Shown here piece after piece: positions 18,099 to 28,392 of a stretch of DNA of 32,000 nucleotides (within the stretch, counting starts at the first letter, position 1; the number at the start of each line of letters is the position of its first letter). The DNA comes from Haemophilus parainfluenzae. Its GTDB lineage: Bacteria; Pseudomonadota; Gammaproteobacteria; Enterobacterales; Pasteurellaceae. Location: the NCBI RefSeq assembly GCF_001055095.1, contig NZ_JVHG01000006.1, positions 1-32,000 of the forward strand, read 5' to 3'. The notes below the pieces were generated by a model. It did no database searches, was not told the origin of the DNA, and worked only from the letters and a program-made list of their open reading frames with translations. A program made the translations under genes and the position numbers.

Positions 18099-19640
18099 TT
18101 AACCTTTTCTAAACATCGCCAACATACGTTGGGTTACACGGAAACCACCAAAGATGTTGATGCTTGCCACCAAGATTGCCACAAAGGCTAATGCATCAAT
18201 AAAGAAGTTGCCTGTTGGTTGTCTAATTTGCAGTAATGCACCCACAATGATGATACCTGAAATTGCATTGGTTACCGCCATAAGTGGAGTGTGTAACGCG
18301 TGGCTGACGTTCCAAACCACGTAGTAACCGACTACACAAGCCAATACGAATACGGTGAAGTGAGAAAGGAATGCCGCAGGCGCCACAGATGCAAGCCAGA
18401 GGAATAACACACCTACACCCGCCATCACACCATATTTGATGCGAGGATCAGCCGGTTTTTCTTCCTCTTTTTTAACCGCACTTTGTGCCGCTTTCGCTTC
18501 TTGTTTTGGTTGTGCTGACACTTGGATTTGCGCTGGTGGAATTTCTTCACCATCACGTACCACAGTCACACCGCGTAATACCACATCGTCAAAATCGATA
18601 TTGATCTTGCCGTCTTTTTCTTTACAAAGTAGTTTTAATAAATTAACTAAGTTTGTACCGTAAAGTTGGGAAGATTGTGTTGGTAAACGACTTGGGAAAT
18701 CGGTGTAACCAATGATTTTCACTTGATTTTCAGTAGTGATGACTTTACCTGCTTCAGTGTAAGCACAGTTACCACCTGTTGCAGCCGCTAAGTCCACCAC
18801 CACAGAACCTGGTTTCATGGAATCAACCATTTCTTTTGTGATCAAGCGAGGGGCTGGTTTACCTGGAATTGCTGCAGTGGTAATAATGATATCCACTTCT
18901 TTCGCTTGTTCCGCATAAAGCTCCATCGCGCGACGGTTAAATTCTTCTGACATTACTTTCGCGTAACCATCGCCGCTACCACCTTCTTCTTTGAAATCAA
19001 TTTCTAAGAAAGACGCGCCCATACTTTGTACTTGTTCTTTTACTTCAGGACGAGAGTCAAAAGCACGTACAATCGCACCAAGGCTATTGGCTGCACCAAT
19101 CGCCGCTAAACCAGCAACACCCGCACCAATGACTAACACTTTTGCCGGTGGTACTTTACCTGCAGCAGTAATTTGTCCGGTAAAGAAACTACCAAATTCA
19201 TGAGCTGCTTCAATCACCGCACGATAACCAGAAATATTCGCCATAGAGCTTAATGCATCAAGCGCTTGCGCACGGGAAATACGTGGCACAGAATCCATCG
19301 CTAATACATTAATTTTTTTCGACGTGAGTTTTTTCATTAAATCCGGATTTTGTGCACGCCAAATGAAGCTCACAAGTGTTGCACCTTCCTTCATTTGATC
19401 AATTTCTGCATCCGTTGGTGGATTCACTTTAAAAATCACATCCGAATGCCACACTTCTGAATTTGAGCCAATTTTTGCGCCGGCGTCGATAAATGCTTGG
19501 TCTTCAAAACTTGCTTTGAATCCCGCATCGTGTTCTACAATGACGTCAAAGCCCAGTTTTAAGATCTGCTGAACCGTTTTTGGCGTCGCCGCCACACGAT
19601 TTTCGCTCTCAAGCAGTTCTCTAGGTACACCAATTAACAT
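18099..19640 (-). CDS. pntA: NAD(P) transhydrogenase subunit alpha
   Basis: 513 aa. Alanine-dehydrogenase-like dI domain ([29 protein letters not shown]) and C-terminal TM helices. GAGGGA Shine-Dalgarno upstream. Confidence 0.97.
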   Translation of the reverse strand: MLIGVPRELLESENRVAATPKTVQQILKLGFDVIVEHDAGFKASFEDQAFIDAGAKIGSNSEVWHSDVIFKVNPPTDAEIDQMKEGATLVSFIWRAQNPDLMKKLTSKKINVLAMDSVPRISRAQALDALSSMANISGYRAVIEAAHEFGSFFTGQITAAGKVPPAKVLVIGAGVAGLAAIGAANSLGAIVRAFDSRPEVKEQVQSMGASFLEIDFKEEGGSGDGYAKVMSEEFNRRAMELYAEQAKEVDIIITTAAIPGKPAPRLITKEMVDSMKPGSVVVDLAAATGGNCAYTEAGKVITTENQVKIIGYTDFPSRLPTQSSQLYGTNLVNLLKLLCKEKDGKINIDFDDVVLRGVTVVRDGEEIPPAQIQVSAQPKQEAKAAQSAVKKEEEKPADPRIKYGVMAGVGVLFLWLASVAPAAFLSHFTVFVLACVVGYYVVWNVSHALHTPLMAVTNAISGIIIVGALLQIRQPTGNFFIDALAFVAILVASINIFGGFRVTQRMLAMFRKG

Positions 19641-19781
19641 AAATGTTTCCCTCTGGTTGATGAAATTTCAGACAAACTCACGCCTGTCCCTGTCTCTTAA
19701 ATGACAAAAAGTCATGCAACGATAAATGTATCACTTATTGTGGTTATTTGGGGAATTTTTTTAACTGGTTTTACAAGATAT

Positions 19782-19797
19782 TGTGATAGGGATCATA
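19782..19797. promoter_or_regulatory. Possible CRP-binding site upstream of pntAB
   Basis: TGTGA-taggga-TCATA matches 9 of 10 core positions of TGTGA-N6-TCACA. It lies about 140-155 bp upstream of the pntA start. Confidence 0.3.
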
Positions 19798-19916
19798 AAA
19801 GAATCGAGATAAACGTGTAGGGTGTTTAACTTTTAACCTAACGCAATGATTATTCATCAGAAACTGACTAATCAAAAATAGCTGAAAAATGGACCACACT
19901 TATATACGAAGGAAAT

Positions 19917-19943
19917 AAAAAGCCCGATATGATTATCGGGCTT
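19917..19943 (-). terminator. Rho-independent terminator after tldD
   Basis: aagcccgata-tgat-tatcgggctt (19920-19943). The minus-strand transcript would continue into a U-run (complement of AAAAA). Confidence 0.8.
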
Positions 19944-19947
19944 ATGT

Positions 19948-21396
19948 TTAATTGGTTCCACCAACGGTAATTTCATCTATTTTCAAGGCTGGCTGACCAA
20001 CACCGACTGGCACACTTTGGCCATCTTTGCCGCATACACCGATACCAAGATCTAAATCAGTTTCATCTGCAACCATCGAAACTTTTTGCATCACATCGAT
20101 ACCACTACCAATTAACGTTGCCCCTTTAATGGGTTTAGTAATCTTACCTTTTTCAATAAGATAAGCTTCAGACGTCGAGAATACAAATTTACCCGAAGTA
20201 ATATCCACTTGACCACCACCAAAGTGCGGGGCATAAATACCGCGATCTACAGAAGCCACTAAATCTTCAAATTTGCTTTGGCCCGCTAACATATAGGTAT
20301 TCGTCATGCGTGGCATTGGCAAATGAGCATAAGATTCACGGCGACCATTCCCTGTTGGTTTCACCCCCATTAATCGTGCATTGAGTTTATCTTGCATGTA
20401 ACCTTGCAAAATCCCGTCTTTGATTAAAACATTACACTGACTTGGCACGCCTTCATCATCAATGGTTAAAGATCCACGACGGTTTTGCAATGTACCATCA
20501 TCCACAATTGTACATAATGGCGACGTCACTAACTCACCAATTTTTCCTGTAAATAAAGAGCTTTCTTTGCGGTTGAAATCCCCTTCTAAACCGTGTCCCA
20601 CTGCTTCATGAAGCAATACGCCAGGCCAGCCAGCCCCTAATACCACAGGCATTAATCCTGCTGGCGCAGCGACCGCATTTAAATTGACAAGGGCTTGACG
20701 AACCGCTTCTTTTGCAAAATTAACGGCACGAATATCCCCATTTACCACTTCAAAGAACCAATCTAATCCGAATCGGCCACCTGAACCACAGCTCCCGCGC
20801 TCACGTTTACCATCTTCTTCAACAAGAACAGAAATGGATAAACGCACAAGTGGACGAATATCTGCGGCAAGTGTGCCATCTGTTGCGACTACTAACACTT
20901 CTTCATAAATCGAACTTAATGCTGCAGAAACATGTGTAACACGAGGATCTTCAGATCGCGCTGTACGATCCACTAAGTGTAATAACTCGATCTTTTTCTC
21001 TTTACTTAAACTTTCTAACGGGTTAATCGCCGCATAACGCTGAACCGCATTCACCGCATTAAATGCTTGAGGCGAAATTAAATTGCCTTCTTTAATTTGC
21101 GCAATGCCTTTTACAGCTTCAGCACATTGTTGTAATGACGCTAAGTTAATTTGATCGGAATACGCAAAGCCTGTTTTCTCTCCAGAAACAGCGCGTACAC
21201 CAACACCGCGATCAATATGAAAGCCACCTTCTTTAATAATGCTATCTTCCAATACCCAGCTTTCATCTTGGCTTAATTGAAAATAAAGATCCGCATAATC
21301 AATATGACGATGCGACATCACATCGAAAATATTAAGCAACGATTGATGCGATAAATTGCTTGGTGCAAGTAAGGTATCTGAAACCTGTTTTAACAT
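19948..21396 (-). CDS. tldD: Metalloprotease TldD
   Basis: [11 protein letters not shown] metalloprotease motif and overall match to E. coli TldD. I prefer the ATG at 21396 ([10 protein letters not shown]...) with a GGAGA Shine-Dalgarno over the ORF-track start at 21432. Confidence 0.95.
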   Translation of the reverse strand: MLKQVSDTLLAPSNLSHQSLLNIFDVMSHRHIDYADLYFQLSQDESWVLEDSIIKEGGFHIDRGVGVRAVSGEKTGFAYSDQINLASLQQCAEAVKGIAQIKEGNLISPQAFNAVNAVQRYAAINPLESLSKEKKIELLHLVDRTARSEDPRVTHVSAALSSIYEEVLVVATDGTLAADIRPLVRLSISVLVEEDGKRERGSCGSGGRFGLDWFFEVVNGDIRAVNFAKEAVRQALVNLNAVAAPAGLMPVVLGAGWPGVLLHEAVGHGLEGDFNRKESSLFTGKIGELVTSPLCTIVDDGTLQNRRGSLTIDDEGVPSQCNVLIKDGILQGYMQDKLNARLMGVKPTGNGRRESYAHLPMPRMTNTYMLAGQSKFEDLVASVDRGIYAPHFGGGQVDITSGKFVFSTSEAYLIEKGKITKPIKGATLIGSGIDVMQKVSMVADETDLDLGIGVCGKDGQSVPVGVGQPALKIDEITVGGTN

Positions 21397-21444
21397 TTGT
21401 TCTCCGAAATTTATAAAAATTAATTCTGCCAAATCTCCCCTAGC

Positions 21445-21463
21445 CCCTCTTTACTAAAGAGGG
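21445..21463. repeat. Small GC-rich dyad (8-bp stem, 3-nt loop) in the rsmI-tldD spacer
   Basis: ccctcttt-act-aaagaggg preceded by ctcccctagc. No U-tract on the minus (transcribed) strand. Confidence 0.3.
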
Positions 21464-21477
21464 AAATAGTTTTTTGA

Positions 21478-22326
21478 CTAATCTAAATTATCCAATCCAA
21501 ATTGGTATAAGGCATTTTTCTTATAACCATAAAGTTCTGCCACAATCGCCGCAGCCTTTTTTAAAGGGAGTTCTTTGGCAATTAAAGTGAGCGCTTTAAT
21601 TGCTTGTGGTGAAAATTCTTCGCTATCTTCTGATTTGGGTTTGCCTTCCACGATTAACACCATCTCACCTTTCGTGCGATTCGGATCTTCACTTAACCAT
21701 TGACGAAGATCACTTAATTTATCCCCTGCAATGGTTTCCCACGTTTTCGTAATTTCACGTGCAAGCACAACATAACGCTCACCACCTAATACGTCTTGCA
21801 TATCGGCAAGGGTATCTAAAATACGGTGGGTTGATTCATAGAAGATTAAAGTGCGGTCTTCTTCTGCGACGTTTTCTAACTTATCTTTACGCGCTTTAGT
21901 TTTCGCAGGTAAAAAACCTTCAAAGCAAAAACGGTCAGATGCAATGCCCGATGCACATAATGCAGTAATCGCTGCACAAGCGCCAGGTAACGGCACCACT
22001 TTAATGCCAGCTTCACGACATTGACGCACTAAATGAAAACCCGGATCGCTAATTAAGGGTGTCCCTGCATCGGAAATTAATGCGATATTGGTGCCTTGTT
22101 TTAACTTTTCTACCAATACGTGGGCTTTTTCTTGTTCATTGTGATCATGCAAGGCGAAAAAAGGCTTTTTGATACCATAATGACTGAGCAATAAACCACT
22201 GTGGCGCGTATCTTCCGCAGCAATTAAATCCACTTGTGAAAAGGTCTCTAAAGCACGTTGTGTAATATCTTGTAAATTCCCGATTGGCGTGGCGACAATA
22301 TATAAAATTCCGGTTAAATCATTCAT
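21478..22326 (-). CDS. rsmI: 16S rRNA (cytidine1402-2'-O)-methyltransferase
   Basis: 282 aa. N-terminus [18 protein letters not shown]......[12 protein letters not shown] is typical of RsmI (tetrapyrrole-methylase fold). Confidence 0.95.
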   Translation of the reverse strand: MNDLTGILYIVATPIGNLQDITQRALETFSQVDLIAAEDTRHSGLLLSHYGIKKPFFALHDHNEQEKAHVLVEKLKQGTNIALISDAGTPLISDPGFHLVRQCREAGIKVVPLPGACAAITALCASGIASDRFCFEGFLPAKTKARKDKLENVAEEDRTLIFYESTHRILDTLADMQDVLGGERYVVLAREITKTWETIAGDKLSDLRQWLSEDPNRTKGEMVLIVEGKPKSEDSEEFSPQAIKALTLIAKELPLKKAAAIVAELYGYKKNALYQFGLDNLD

Positions 22327-22395
22327 TTTTGTTTGCTTTTACATTGTGAGATAAGTAAGATCGACCATTATTGATTTATTCATTATGGAGCGAAT

Positions 22396-24117
22396 ATGTC
22401 TATTCTATTACAAGGCGGTCGTTTTAAAAAACGTTTAATGCCGATTTTATTGTCTGTTGCGTTAGCAGGTTGTTCTAACTTATTTGGTAGCAGCTTTACC
22501 CAAACATTACAACGTGATGCCAATGCAAGTTCTGAATTTTATATGAACAAATTAGGACAAGCACAAGATAAAGAAGATCAACAAACTTACAAGCTCTTAG
22601 CGGCACGTGTATTAATTACTGAAAATAAAGTGCCACAAGCCGAAGAGTTATTAAATGAATTGGTTGACTTAAACGAAGCGCAACAATTAGACCGTACTTT
22701 AGTCGAAGCACGTATCTCTGCAGAGAAAGGCGCTAATGAGATGGCTGAAAGTAAATTACGTGCGCTTGACCTCACGAAATTAAGTCCATCACAAAAATCT
22801 CGTTATTACGAAACTTTTGCTAAAACTGCAGAAAATCGTAAAGATGTGATTGAAGCGGTGAAAGCACGCATCAAAATGGATGAAAATTTAACAGACATGC
22901 AACGTCGTAAAGATAATGTTGATAAAACTTGGTCGTTACTCCGTTCTGCGAATACCGCTGTCATCAATAATGCCTCTGATGAAGGTAGCGTAGCATTAGG
23001 CGGTTGGCTCACCTTGATTAAAGCTTATAACGACAACATCCGTCAGCCGGTACAATTAAGCCAGGCGTTACAAAGTTGGAAATCAGCTTATCCAAACCAC
23101 GTTGCGGCAACCTTTTTCCCTAAAGAGCTAGAAAGCTTGTTGAATTTCCAACAAACGAATTTAGCTCAAATTGGTTTAGTGTTACCTTTAAGCGGCGATG
23201 GCCAAATTTTAGGCTCAACCATTCAATCGGGTTTTAATGAAGCAAAAGGCGATTCAACTATTCCAGTACAAGTATTTGACTCTTCTACGACTCCAATTAA
23301 CGAGATTATTGCACAAGCAAAAACTTCAGGTATTAAAGCGTTAGTAGGACCATTGCTCAAACAAAACGTGGATGCCATTATTTCAAACCCTGCAGAAGTA
23401 CAAGGTATGGACGTGTTAGCTTTAAATGCAACACCAAATGCACGAGCGATTAACCAAGTGTGCTATTACGGTTTATCACCAGAAGATGAAGCGGAATCTG
23501 CAGCAAACAAAATGTGGAAAGATGGTATTCGTAACCCAATCGTTGCCATGCCGCAAAATGATTTAGGACAACGTGTTGGTAATGCGTTCAACGTACGTTG
23601 GCAACGCTTAGCGGGTACAGATGCGAATATTCGCTACTATAACTTACCAGCTGATATTACCTACTTCTTCCAAGGTGCTCCACAAGATACTGCTGGACTT
23701 TATGTTGTGTCATCGCCAGATGAATTAGCGGAAATTAAAGGTTACTTAGATACCAGCAATCCGAATGTTCGCATTTATGCAAGTTCTCGTTCAAATGCGG
23801 CAAGCAATACTGCGGAATACTATGCAAAAATGAATGGCGTTCAATTTAGTGATATTCCATTCTTTAAAGAAACGGATTCTTCACAATATCAAAAAGTGGC
23901 AAGTTCAACTGGTGGCGAATTCCAATTAATGCGTTTATATGCAATGGGTGCCGATGCTTGGTTGCTCATTAACCACTTTAATGAATTACGCCAAGTCCCA
24001 GGCTACACACTAAGCGGTTTAACCGGTCAGCTTAGCGCAGGTCCAAACTGTAATGTGGATCGTGATATGACTTGGTACCAAGTACAAGATAGTAACGTGG
24101 TGCCGGTTGCAAACTAA
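22396..24117 (+). CDS. lpoA: Penicillin-binding protein 1A activator lipoprotein LpoA
   Basis: 573 aa. Lipobox LAGC, TPR-like N-terminal domain and periplasmic-binding-protein-like C-terminal domain. Conserved context: divergent from rsmI and followed by yraN-diaA-dolP. Confidence 0.9.
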   Translation: MSILLQGGRFKKRLMPILLSVALAGCSNLFGSSFTQTLQRDANASSEFYMNKLGQAQDKEDQQTYKLLAARVLITENKVPQAEELLNELVDLNEAQQLDRTLVEARISAEKGANEMAESKLRALDLTKLSPSQKSRYYETFAKTAENRKDVIEAVKARIKMDENLTDMQRRKDNVDKTWSLLRSANTAVINNASDEGSVALGGWLTLIKAYNDNIRQPVQLSQALQSWKSAYPNHVAATFFPKELESLLNFQQTNLAQIGLVLPLSGDGQILGSTIQSGFNEAKGDSTIPVQVFDSSTTPINEIIAQAKTSGIKALVGPLLKQNVDAIISNPAEVQGMDVLALNATPNARAINQVCYYGLSPEDEAESAANKMWKDGIRNPIVAMPQNDLGQRVGNAFNVRWQRLAGTDANIRYYNLPADITYFFQGAPQDTAGLYVVSSPDELAEIKGYLDTSNPNVRIYASSRSNAASNTAEYYAKMNGVQFSDIPFFKETDSSQYQKVASSTGGEFQLMRLYAMGADAWLLINHFNELRQVPGYTLSGLTGQLSAGPNCNVDRDMTWYQVQDSNVVPVAN

Positions 24118-24120
24118 TCC

Positions 24121-24480
24121 ATGTTTTCATTAAATCGTCAACAAGGGGCGGGCTTTGAACATCAAGCCCGCCTTTTCTTAGAAGCCAAAGGCCTCAAATT
24201 CATCGCGGCGAATCAACATTTCAAATGCGGTGAATTAGATCTCGTTATGCAAGACGGGCAAACCATTGTTTTTGTTGAAGTACGTCAACGATCCAACTCA
24301 GCATTTGGATCCGCTGTTGAAAGTGTGGATTGGCAAAAGCAACAAAAATGGCTAAATGCTGCAAATTTATGGCTTGCCAAACACAACCTAAGCCTCGAAG
24401 ATGCAGATTGTCGTTTTGATCTTGTCGCCTTTGGAAAAACTGCCAGTAATATCCAATGGATTCCTAATTTTCTCGATTAA
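24121..24480 (+). CDS. yraN: YraN family (UPF0102) endonuclease-like protein
   Basis: 119 aa. [15 protein letters not shown] and CRFDLVAF match E. coli YraN blocks. Confidence 0.9.
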   Translation: MFSLNRQQGAGFEHQARLFLEAKGLKFIAANQHFKCGELDLVMQDGQTIVFVEVRQRSNSAFGSAVESVDWQKQQKWLNAANLWLAKHNLSLEDADCRFDLVAFGKTASNIQWIPNFLD

Positions 24481-24492
24481 CCTTTTCCGATT

Positions 24493-25077
24493 ATGTTACA
24501 AAAAGTTAAAGATATTTATAGCGAAAGTATTCAGATTCAAATTTCTGCTTCTAGCCTACTATCAGAAAATATTGCTACTGCCACACAAATGGTCATGCAA
24601 TGTTTGTTAAGTGGTCATAAAGTGATTGCCTGTGGCGTCGCTCGCTCTTACGCGAATGCGCAATTCTTAGTGTCAAATTTGCTTAATCGTTACGATTTTG
24701 AGCGTCCTAGCCTACCATCCGTACACCTTAGCCTTGAAAGTGCGGTCGGTTCTTCACTGGTTTTTGATCAACCTATCGAGCAGCTTTATCAACATCAATT
24801 CAACGCTATCGCGAAGCCCGGTGACTTATTGATCGCTTTTGCCCCTTTAGGAACAGAAAAAGCCGTGCTAAATACGATTTCTAATGCAGTCAATAAAGAA
24901 ATTCAAGTGATTGCTTTAACGGGTTCAAATAACGATGCTATTCAAGGTGTATTGGCTGAAACAGATTTAGAAATCTCCATTCCTGCCACTAAAGAAACAC
25001 GTATTTTAGAAAATCATTTATTTGTGATTAATGCACTTTGTGAGCTTGTTGATAGCACACTTTTCCCAAGAGCTTGA
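24493..25077 (+). CDS. diaA: DnaA initiator-associating protein DiaA (SIS domain)
   Basis: 194 aa. Can be aligned with E. coli DiaA (SESIQ.QI, ERPSLP, LTG, C.L.D.TLFP) and sits in the conserved yraN-diaA-yraP context. Confidence 0.85.
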   Translation: MLQKVKDIYSESIQIQISASSLLSENIATATQMVMQCLLSGHKVIACGVARSYANAQFLVSNLLNRYDFERPSLPSVHLSLESAVGSSLVFDQPIEQLYQHQFNAIAKPGDLLIAFAPLGTEKAVLNTISNAVNKEIQVIALTGSNNDAIQGVLAETDLEISIPATKETRILENHLFVINALCELVDSTLFPRA

Positions 25078-25167
25078 CATTAAAAGATTTTCTAACTAGA
25101 GTGTCTCTTAGACTAATTGACAAATTAGTTGACTCAACTCATTTTAATAAATAAGGAGATTATTAAT

Positions 25168-25749
25168 ATGAAACTAACCCAATTTAAAAAATTAGCCTTC
25201 ATACTTGGCACATCAATTATATTACAAGGCTGTGCTGCTGCAGTTGTTGGTGGTACTGCTGCGGGCGCAAAAGTCGCGACAGATCCTCGAACAATGGGTA
25301 CTCAGATAGATGATGAAACCCTAGAATTAAAAGTTGGGCACGCATTAGATAAAGATGCGCAAATTAAATCAGAAGGTCGTGTTAATGCTGTTTCTTACAG
25401 TGGTCGCGTATTGTTAATTGGCCAAGTTCCTAATGGAAGTGTAAAAGAAACAGCTACCAGTCTTGCAAAAGGTGTAGAAGGTGTAAACGACGTATACAAT
25501 GAATTACGTGTTGGACCAAAAATTACTTTTGGACAAATTACAAAAGACAGTTGGATTACGACGCAAATTAAATCTAAACTTTTCGTAGGCGATAATGTAA
25601 AAGCAACAGATGTGAAAGTGATCACCGAAAACGGTGAAGTATTCTTACTCGGAAACGTCACACAATCACAAGGTGACTCAGCTGCAGAAATTGCAAGTAA
25701 AGTTACTGGTGTTCAAAAAGTTGTCAAAGTATTTAAATATTTGAATTAA
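25168..25749 (+). CDS. dolP: Dual-BON-domain outer-membrane lipoprotein DolP (YraP)
   Basis: Lipobox LQGC and two BON-like repeats (each ending V.GV..V.N.L / V.GVQKVVKVF). The ATG at 25168 with an AAGGAG Shine-Dalgarno (25153-25158) is preferred over the ORF-track start at 25129. Confidence 0.85.
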   Translation: MKLTQFKKLAFILGTSIILQGCAAAVVGGTAAGAKVATDPRTMGTQIDDETLELKVGHALDKDAQIKSEGRVNAVSYSGRVLLIGQVPNGSVKETATSLAKGVEGVNDVYNELRVGPKITFGQITKDSWITTQIKSKLFVGDNVKATDVKVITENGEVFLLGNVTQSQGDSAAEIASKVTGVQKVVKVFKYLN

Positions 25750-25766
25750 TTAATTTTTAAGTCTTA

Positions 25767-25810
25767 AAGTGCGGTCAAAAACGAGATAATTTTTGACCGC
25801 ACTTTTTTTC
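25767..25810 (+). terminator. Inverted USS pair forming the dolP terminator
   Basis: AAGTGCGGTCAAAAA-cgagataa-TTTTTGACCGCACTT followed by TTTTTTC. Confidence 0.85.
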
Positions 25811-25940
25811 TTTACAAAGATTTACAAAAAAGATCCTGCCTAAAAAAACATCACTTCTAAAAAAAAGTTATTCATTTTAAATGACTTATCTTTTGTCAAT
25901 AATGTAAGTAAAAAATTTACCGCTTGAATTCAATTTTAAA

Positions 25941-25988
25941 ACACTCTATCTTGTGCATTGTTATTTTTTATAACACTATATATTGTGT
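25941..25988. promoter_or_regulatory. Tandem NrdR boxes upstream of nrdAB
   Basis: ACACTCTATCTTGTGC (25941-25956) and ACACTATATATTGTGT (25973-25988). The second fits the palindromic acaCwAtATaTwGtgt consensus at every position. The gap is 16 bp (32 bp start to start). Confidence 0.65.
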
Positions 25989-26026
25989 TTTTTTTAAAGT
26001 CATCTCTCTAGCAGGTTTTATCTCCC

Positions 26027-28297
26027 ATGAACAAAGGATTAATGGTTACAAAGCGCGATGGTACGCTTGAACAAATCAATTTAGACAAAATTCACCGAGT
26101 GATTACTTGGGCGGCTGAAGGCTTGGAAAACGTCTCTGTTTCTCAAGTTGAATTGCGTTCTCATATTCAATTCTATGAAGGTATTCGTACCTCCGATATC
26201 CACGAAACGATCATTAAAGCGGCAGCAGACTTAATCAGCAAAGATACCCCGGATTATCAATATCTTGCTGCACGTCTTGCGGTTTTCCATTTACGCAAAA
26301 AAGCGTATGGCCATTTCGATCCGCCTCGTTTATACGATCATGTGAAAAAATTAGTGCGCATGGGCAAATATGATCCTGCACTTTTAGCCGACTATACTCG
26401 TGAAGAATGGGATGAAATGGATGGGTTTATTGATCACTGGCGTGATATGACCTTTTCTTATGCTGCTGTGAAACAGTTAGAAGGAAAATACTTAGTTCAA
26501 AACCGTGTAACCGGTGAGATTTATGAATCTGCACAATTCCTTTATTTATTAGTTGCAGCGAGCTTATTCTCAAAATATCCACAAGAAACCCGTTTGGATT
26601 ATATTCGTCGTTTCTATGATGCGACCTCAACCTTTAAGATTTCTTTACCTACGCCTATCATGGCGGGGGTTCGTACACCTACTCGTCAATTCAGCTCTTG
26701 CGTATTGATTGAATGTGGTGACAGCTTAGACTCTATCAATGCTACCTCTGCAGCAATCGTGAAATACGTATCACAACGTGCAGGTATCGGGGTGAATGCA
26801 GGTGCAATTCGTGCGTTAGGTAGCCCAATTCGTGGTGGTGAAGCCTTCCACACTGGCTGTATTCCATTCTATAAACACTTCCAAAGTGCTGTAAAATCTT
26901 GTTCACAAGGTGGCGTACGTGGTGGTGCGGCGACAGTTTACTATCCGATTTGGCACTTAGAAGTTGAAAGCTTATTAGTATTGAAAAATAACCGCGGTGT
27001 GGAAGATAACCGTGTTCGTCACATGGACTACGGCGTACAGTTAAACAAATTAATGTATCAACGCTTAATTAAAGGCGCAGACATTACTTTATTTAGCCCT
27101 TCAGATGTACCTGGACTTTATGAAGCGTTCTTTGCTGATCAAGATAAATTTGAAGAACTTTACGTGAAATACGAACAGGATCCAAATATCCGCAAACGTT
27201 CTGTAAAAGCCGTTGAGTTATTCTCTTTATTAATGCAAGAACGGGCATCAACCGGTCGTATTTATATCCAAAACGTGGATCACTGTAATACTCACTCACC
27301 GTTTGATCCGCTTGTTGCACCAGTGCGTCAATCTAACTTATGTTTAGAAATTGCATTGCCAACTAAACCATTACAACATTTCCATGATGAAAATGGTGAG
27401 ATTGCCCTTTGTACACTTTCAGCGTTCAACTTGGGTAAATTAGATGATTTAGACGAGTTGGATAACCTGGCAGATCTTGCAGTACGTGCATTAGATGCAT
27501 TACTTGATTACCAAGACTACCCTGTTCCAGCGGCAAAACGCTCTTCATTAGGTCGTCGTTCACTTGGTATCGGTGTGATTAACTATGCGTATTATTTAGC
27601 GAAAAACGGCGTGCGTTATTCTGATGGCTCAGCGAACGATTTAACTCACCGCACATTTGAAGCGATTCAATACTATCTATTGAAAGCTTCCATGAACTTA
27701 GCGAAAGAATTAGGTGCATGTGAATACTTCAATGAAACTAATTACGCGAAAGGTATTTTACCAATCGATACCTATAAGAAAGATATTGATAGCTTAACGC
27801 AAGAACCATTGCATTATGATTGGGAAACATTACGTCAAGAAATCAAAGAATTCGGTTTACGTAACTCAACCTTAACCGCATTAATGCCGTCAGAAACCTC
27901 TTCACAGATTTCTAACGCAACAAATGGTATCGAACCACCACGTGGTCATGTAAGTATTAAAGCGTCAAAAGATGGTATCTTAAGACAAGTGGTACCGGAT
28001 TATGAAAACTTAAGCGATAACTACGAGTTGCTTTGGGATATTCCAAGCAATGATGGTTACTTACACTTAGTGGGTATCATGCAAAAATTCGTGGATCAAG
28101 CGATCTCTGCAAATACCAACTACGATCCAAAACGTTTTGAAGACGGTAAAGTACCGATGAAAGTGTTGTTAAAAGATCTTTTAACCGCTTACAAATACGG
28201 CTTAAAAACCCTTTACTATCAAAACACCCGTGATGGTGCTGAAGACAGCCAAGAAGATTTAGATGATGGCTGTGCTGGTGGGGCTTGTAAGATTTAA
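26027..28297 (+). CDS. nrdA: Class Ia ribonucleoside-diphosphate reductase, alpha subunit
   Basis: 756 aa. ATP-cone N-terminus (VTKRDG..E.INLDKIHRV), active site SNLCLEI, C-terminal CAGGACKI. Near-colinear with E. coli NrdA from memory. A second in-frame ATG at 26042 has a better Shine-Dalgarno (AAGGA), so the start could be 5 codons later. Confidence 0.98.
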   Translation: MNKGLMVTKRDGTLEQINLDKIHRVITWAAEGLENVSVSQVELRSHIQFYEGIRTSDIHETIIKAAADLISKDTPDYQYLAARLAVFHLRKKAYGHFDPPRLYDHVKKLVRMGKYDPALLADYTREEWDEMDGFIDHWRDMTFSYAAVKQLEGKYLVQNRVTGEIYESAQFLYLLVAASLFSKYPQETRLDYIRRFYDATSTFKISLPTPIMAGVRTPTRQFSSCVLIECGDSLDSINATSAAIVKYVSQRAGIGVNAGAIRALGSPIRGGEAFHTGCIPFYKHFQSAVKSCSQGGVRGGAATVYYPIWHLEVESLLVLKNNRGVEDNRVRHMDYGVQLNKLMYQRLIKGADITLFSPSDVPGLYEAFFADQDKFEELYVKYEQDPNIRKRSVKAVELFSLLMQERASTGRIYIQNVDHCNTHSPFDPLVAPVRQSNLCLEIALPTKPLQHFHDENGEIALCTLSAFNLGKLDDLDELDNLADLAVRALDALLDYQDYPVPAAKRSSLGRRSLGIGVINYAYYLAKNGVRYSDGSANDLTHRTFEAIQYYLLKASMNLAKELGACEYFNETNYAKGILPIDTYKKDIDSLTQEPLHYDWETLRQEIKEFGLRNSTLTALMPSETSSQISNATNGIEPPRGHVSIKASKDGILRQVVPDYENLSDNYELLWDIPSNDGYLHLVGIMQKFVDQAISANTNYDPKRFEDGKVPMKVLLKDLLTAYKYGLKTLYYQNTRDGAEDSQEDLDDGCAGGACKI

Positions 28298-28392
28298 TAA
28301 TTTAGGTGGGCTTGTTTACAAGTCCGCCTTTTGATATTTTTAGGCAATCAATCATTAAGTGGGTAAAAGCCCGCTATAAGTAAGGATATAAC

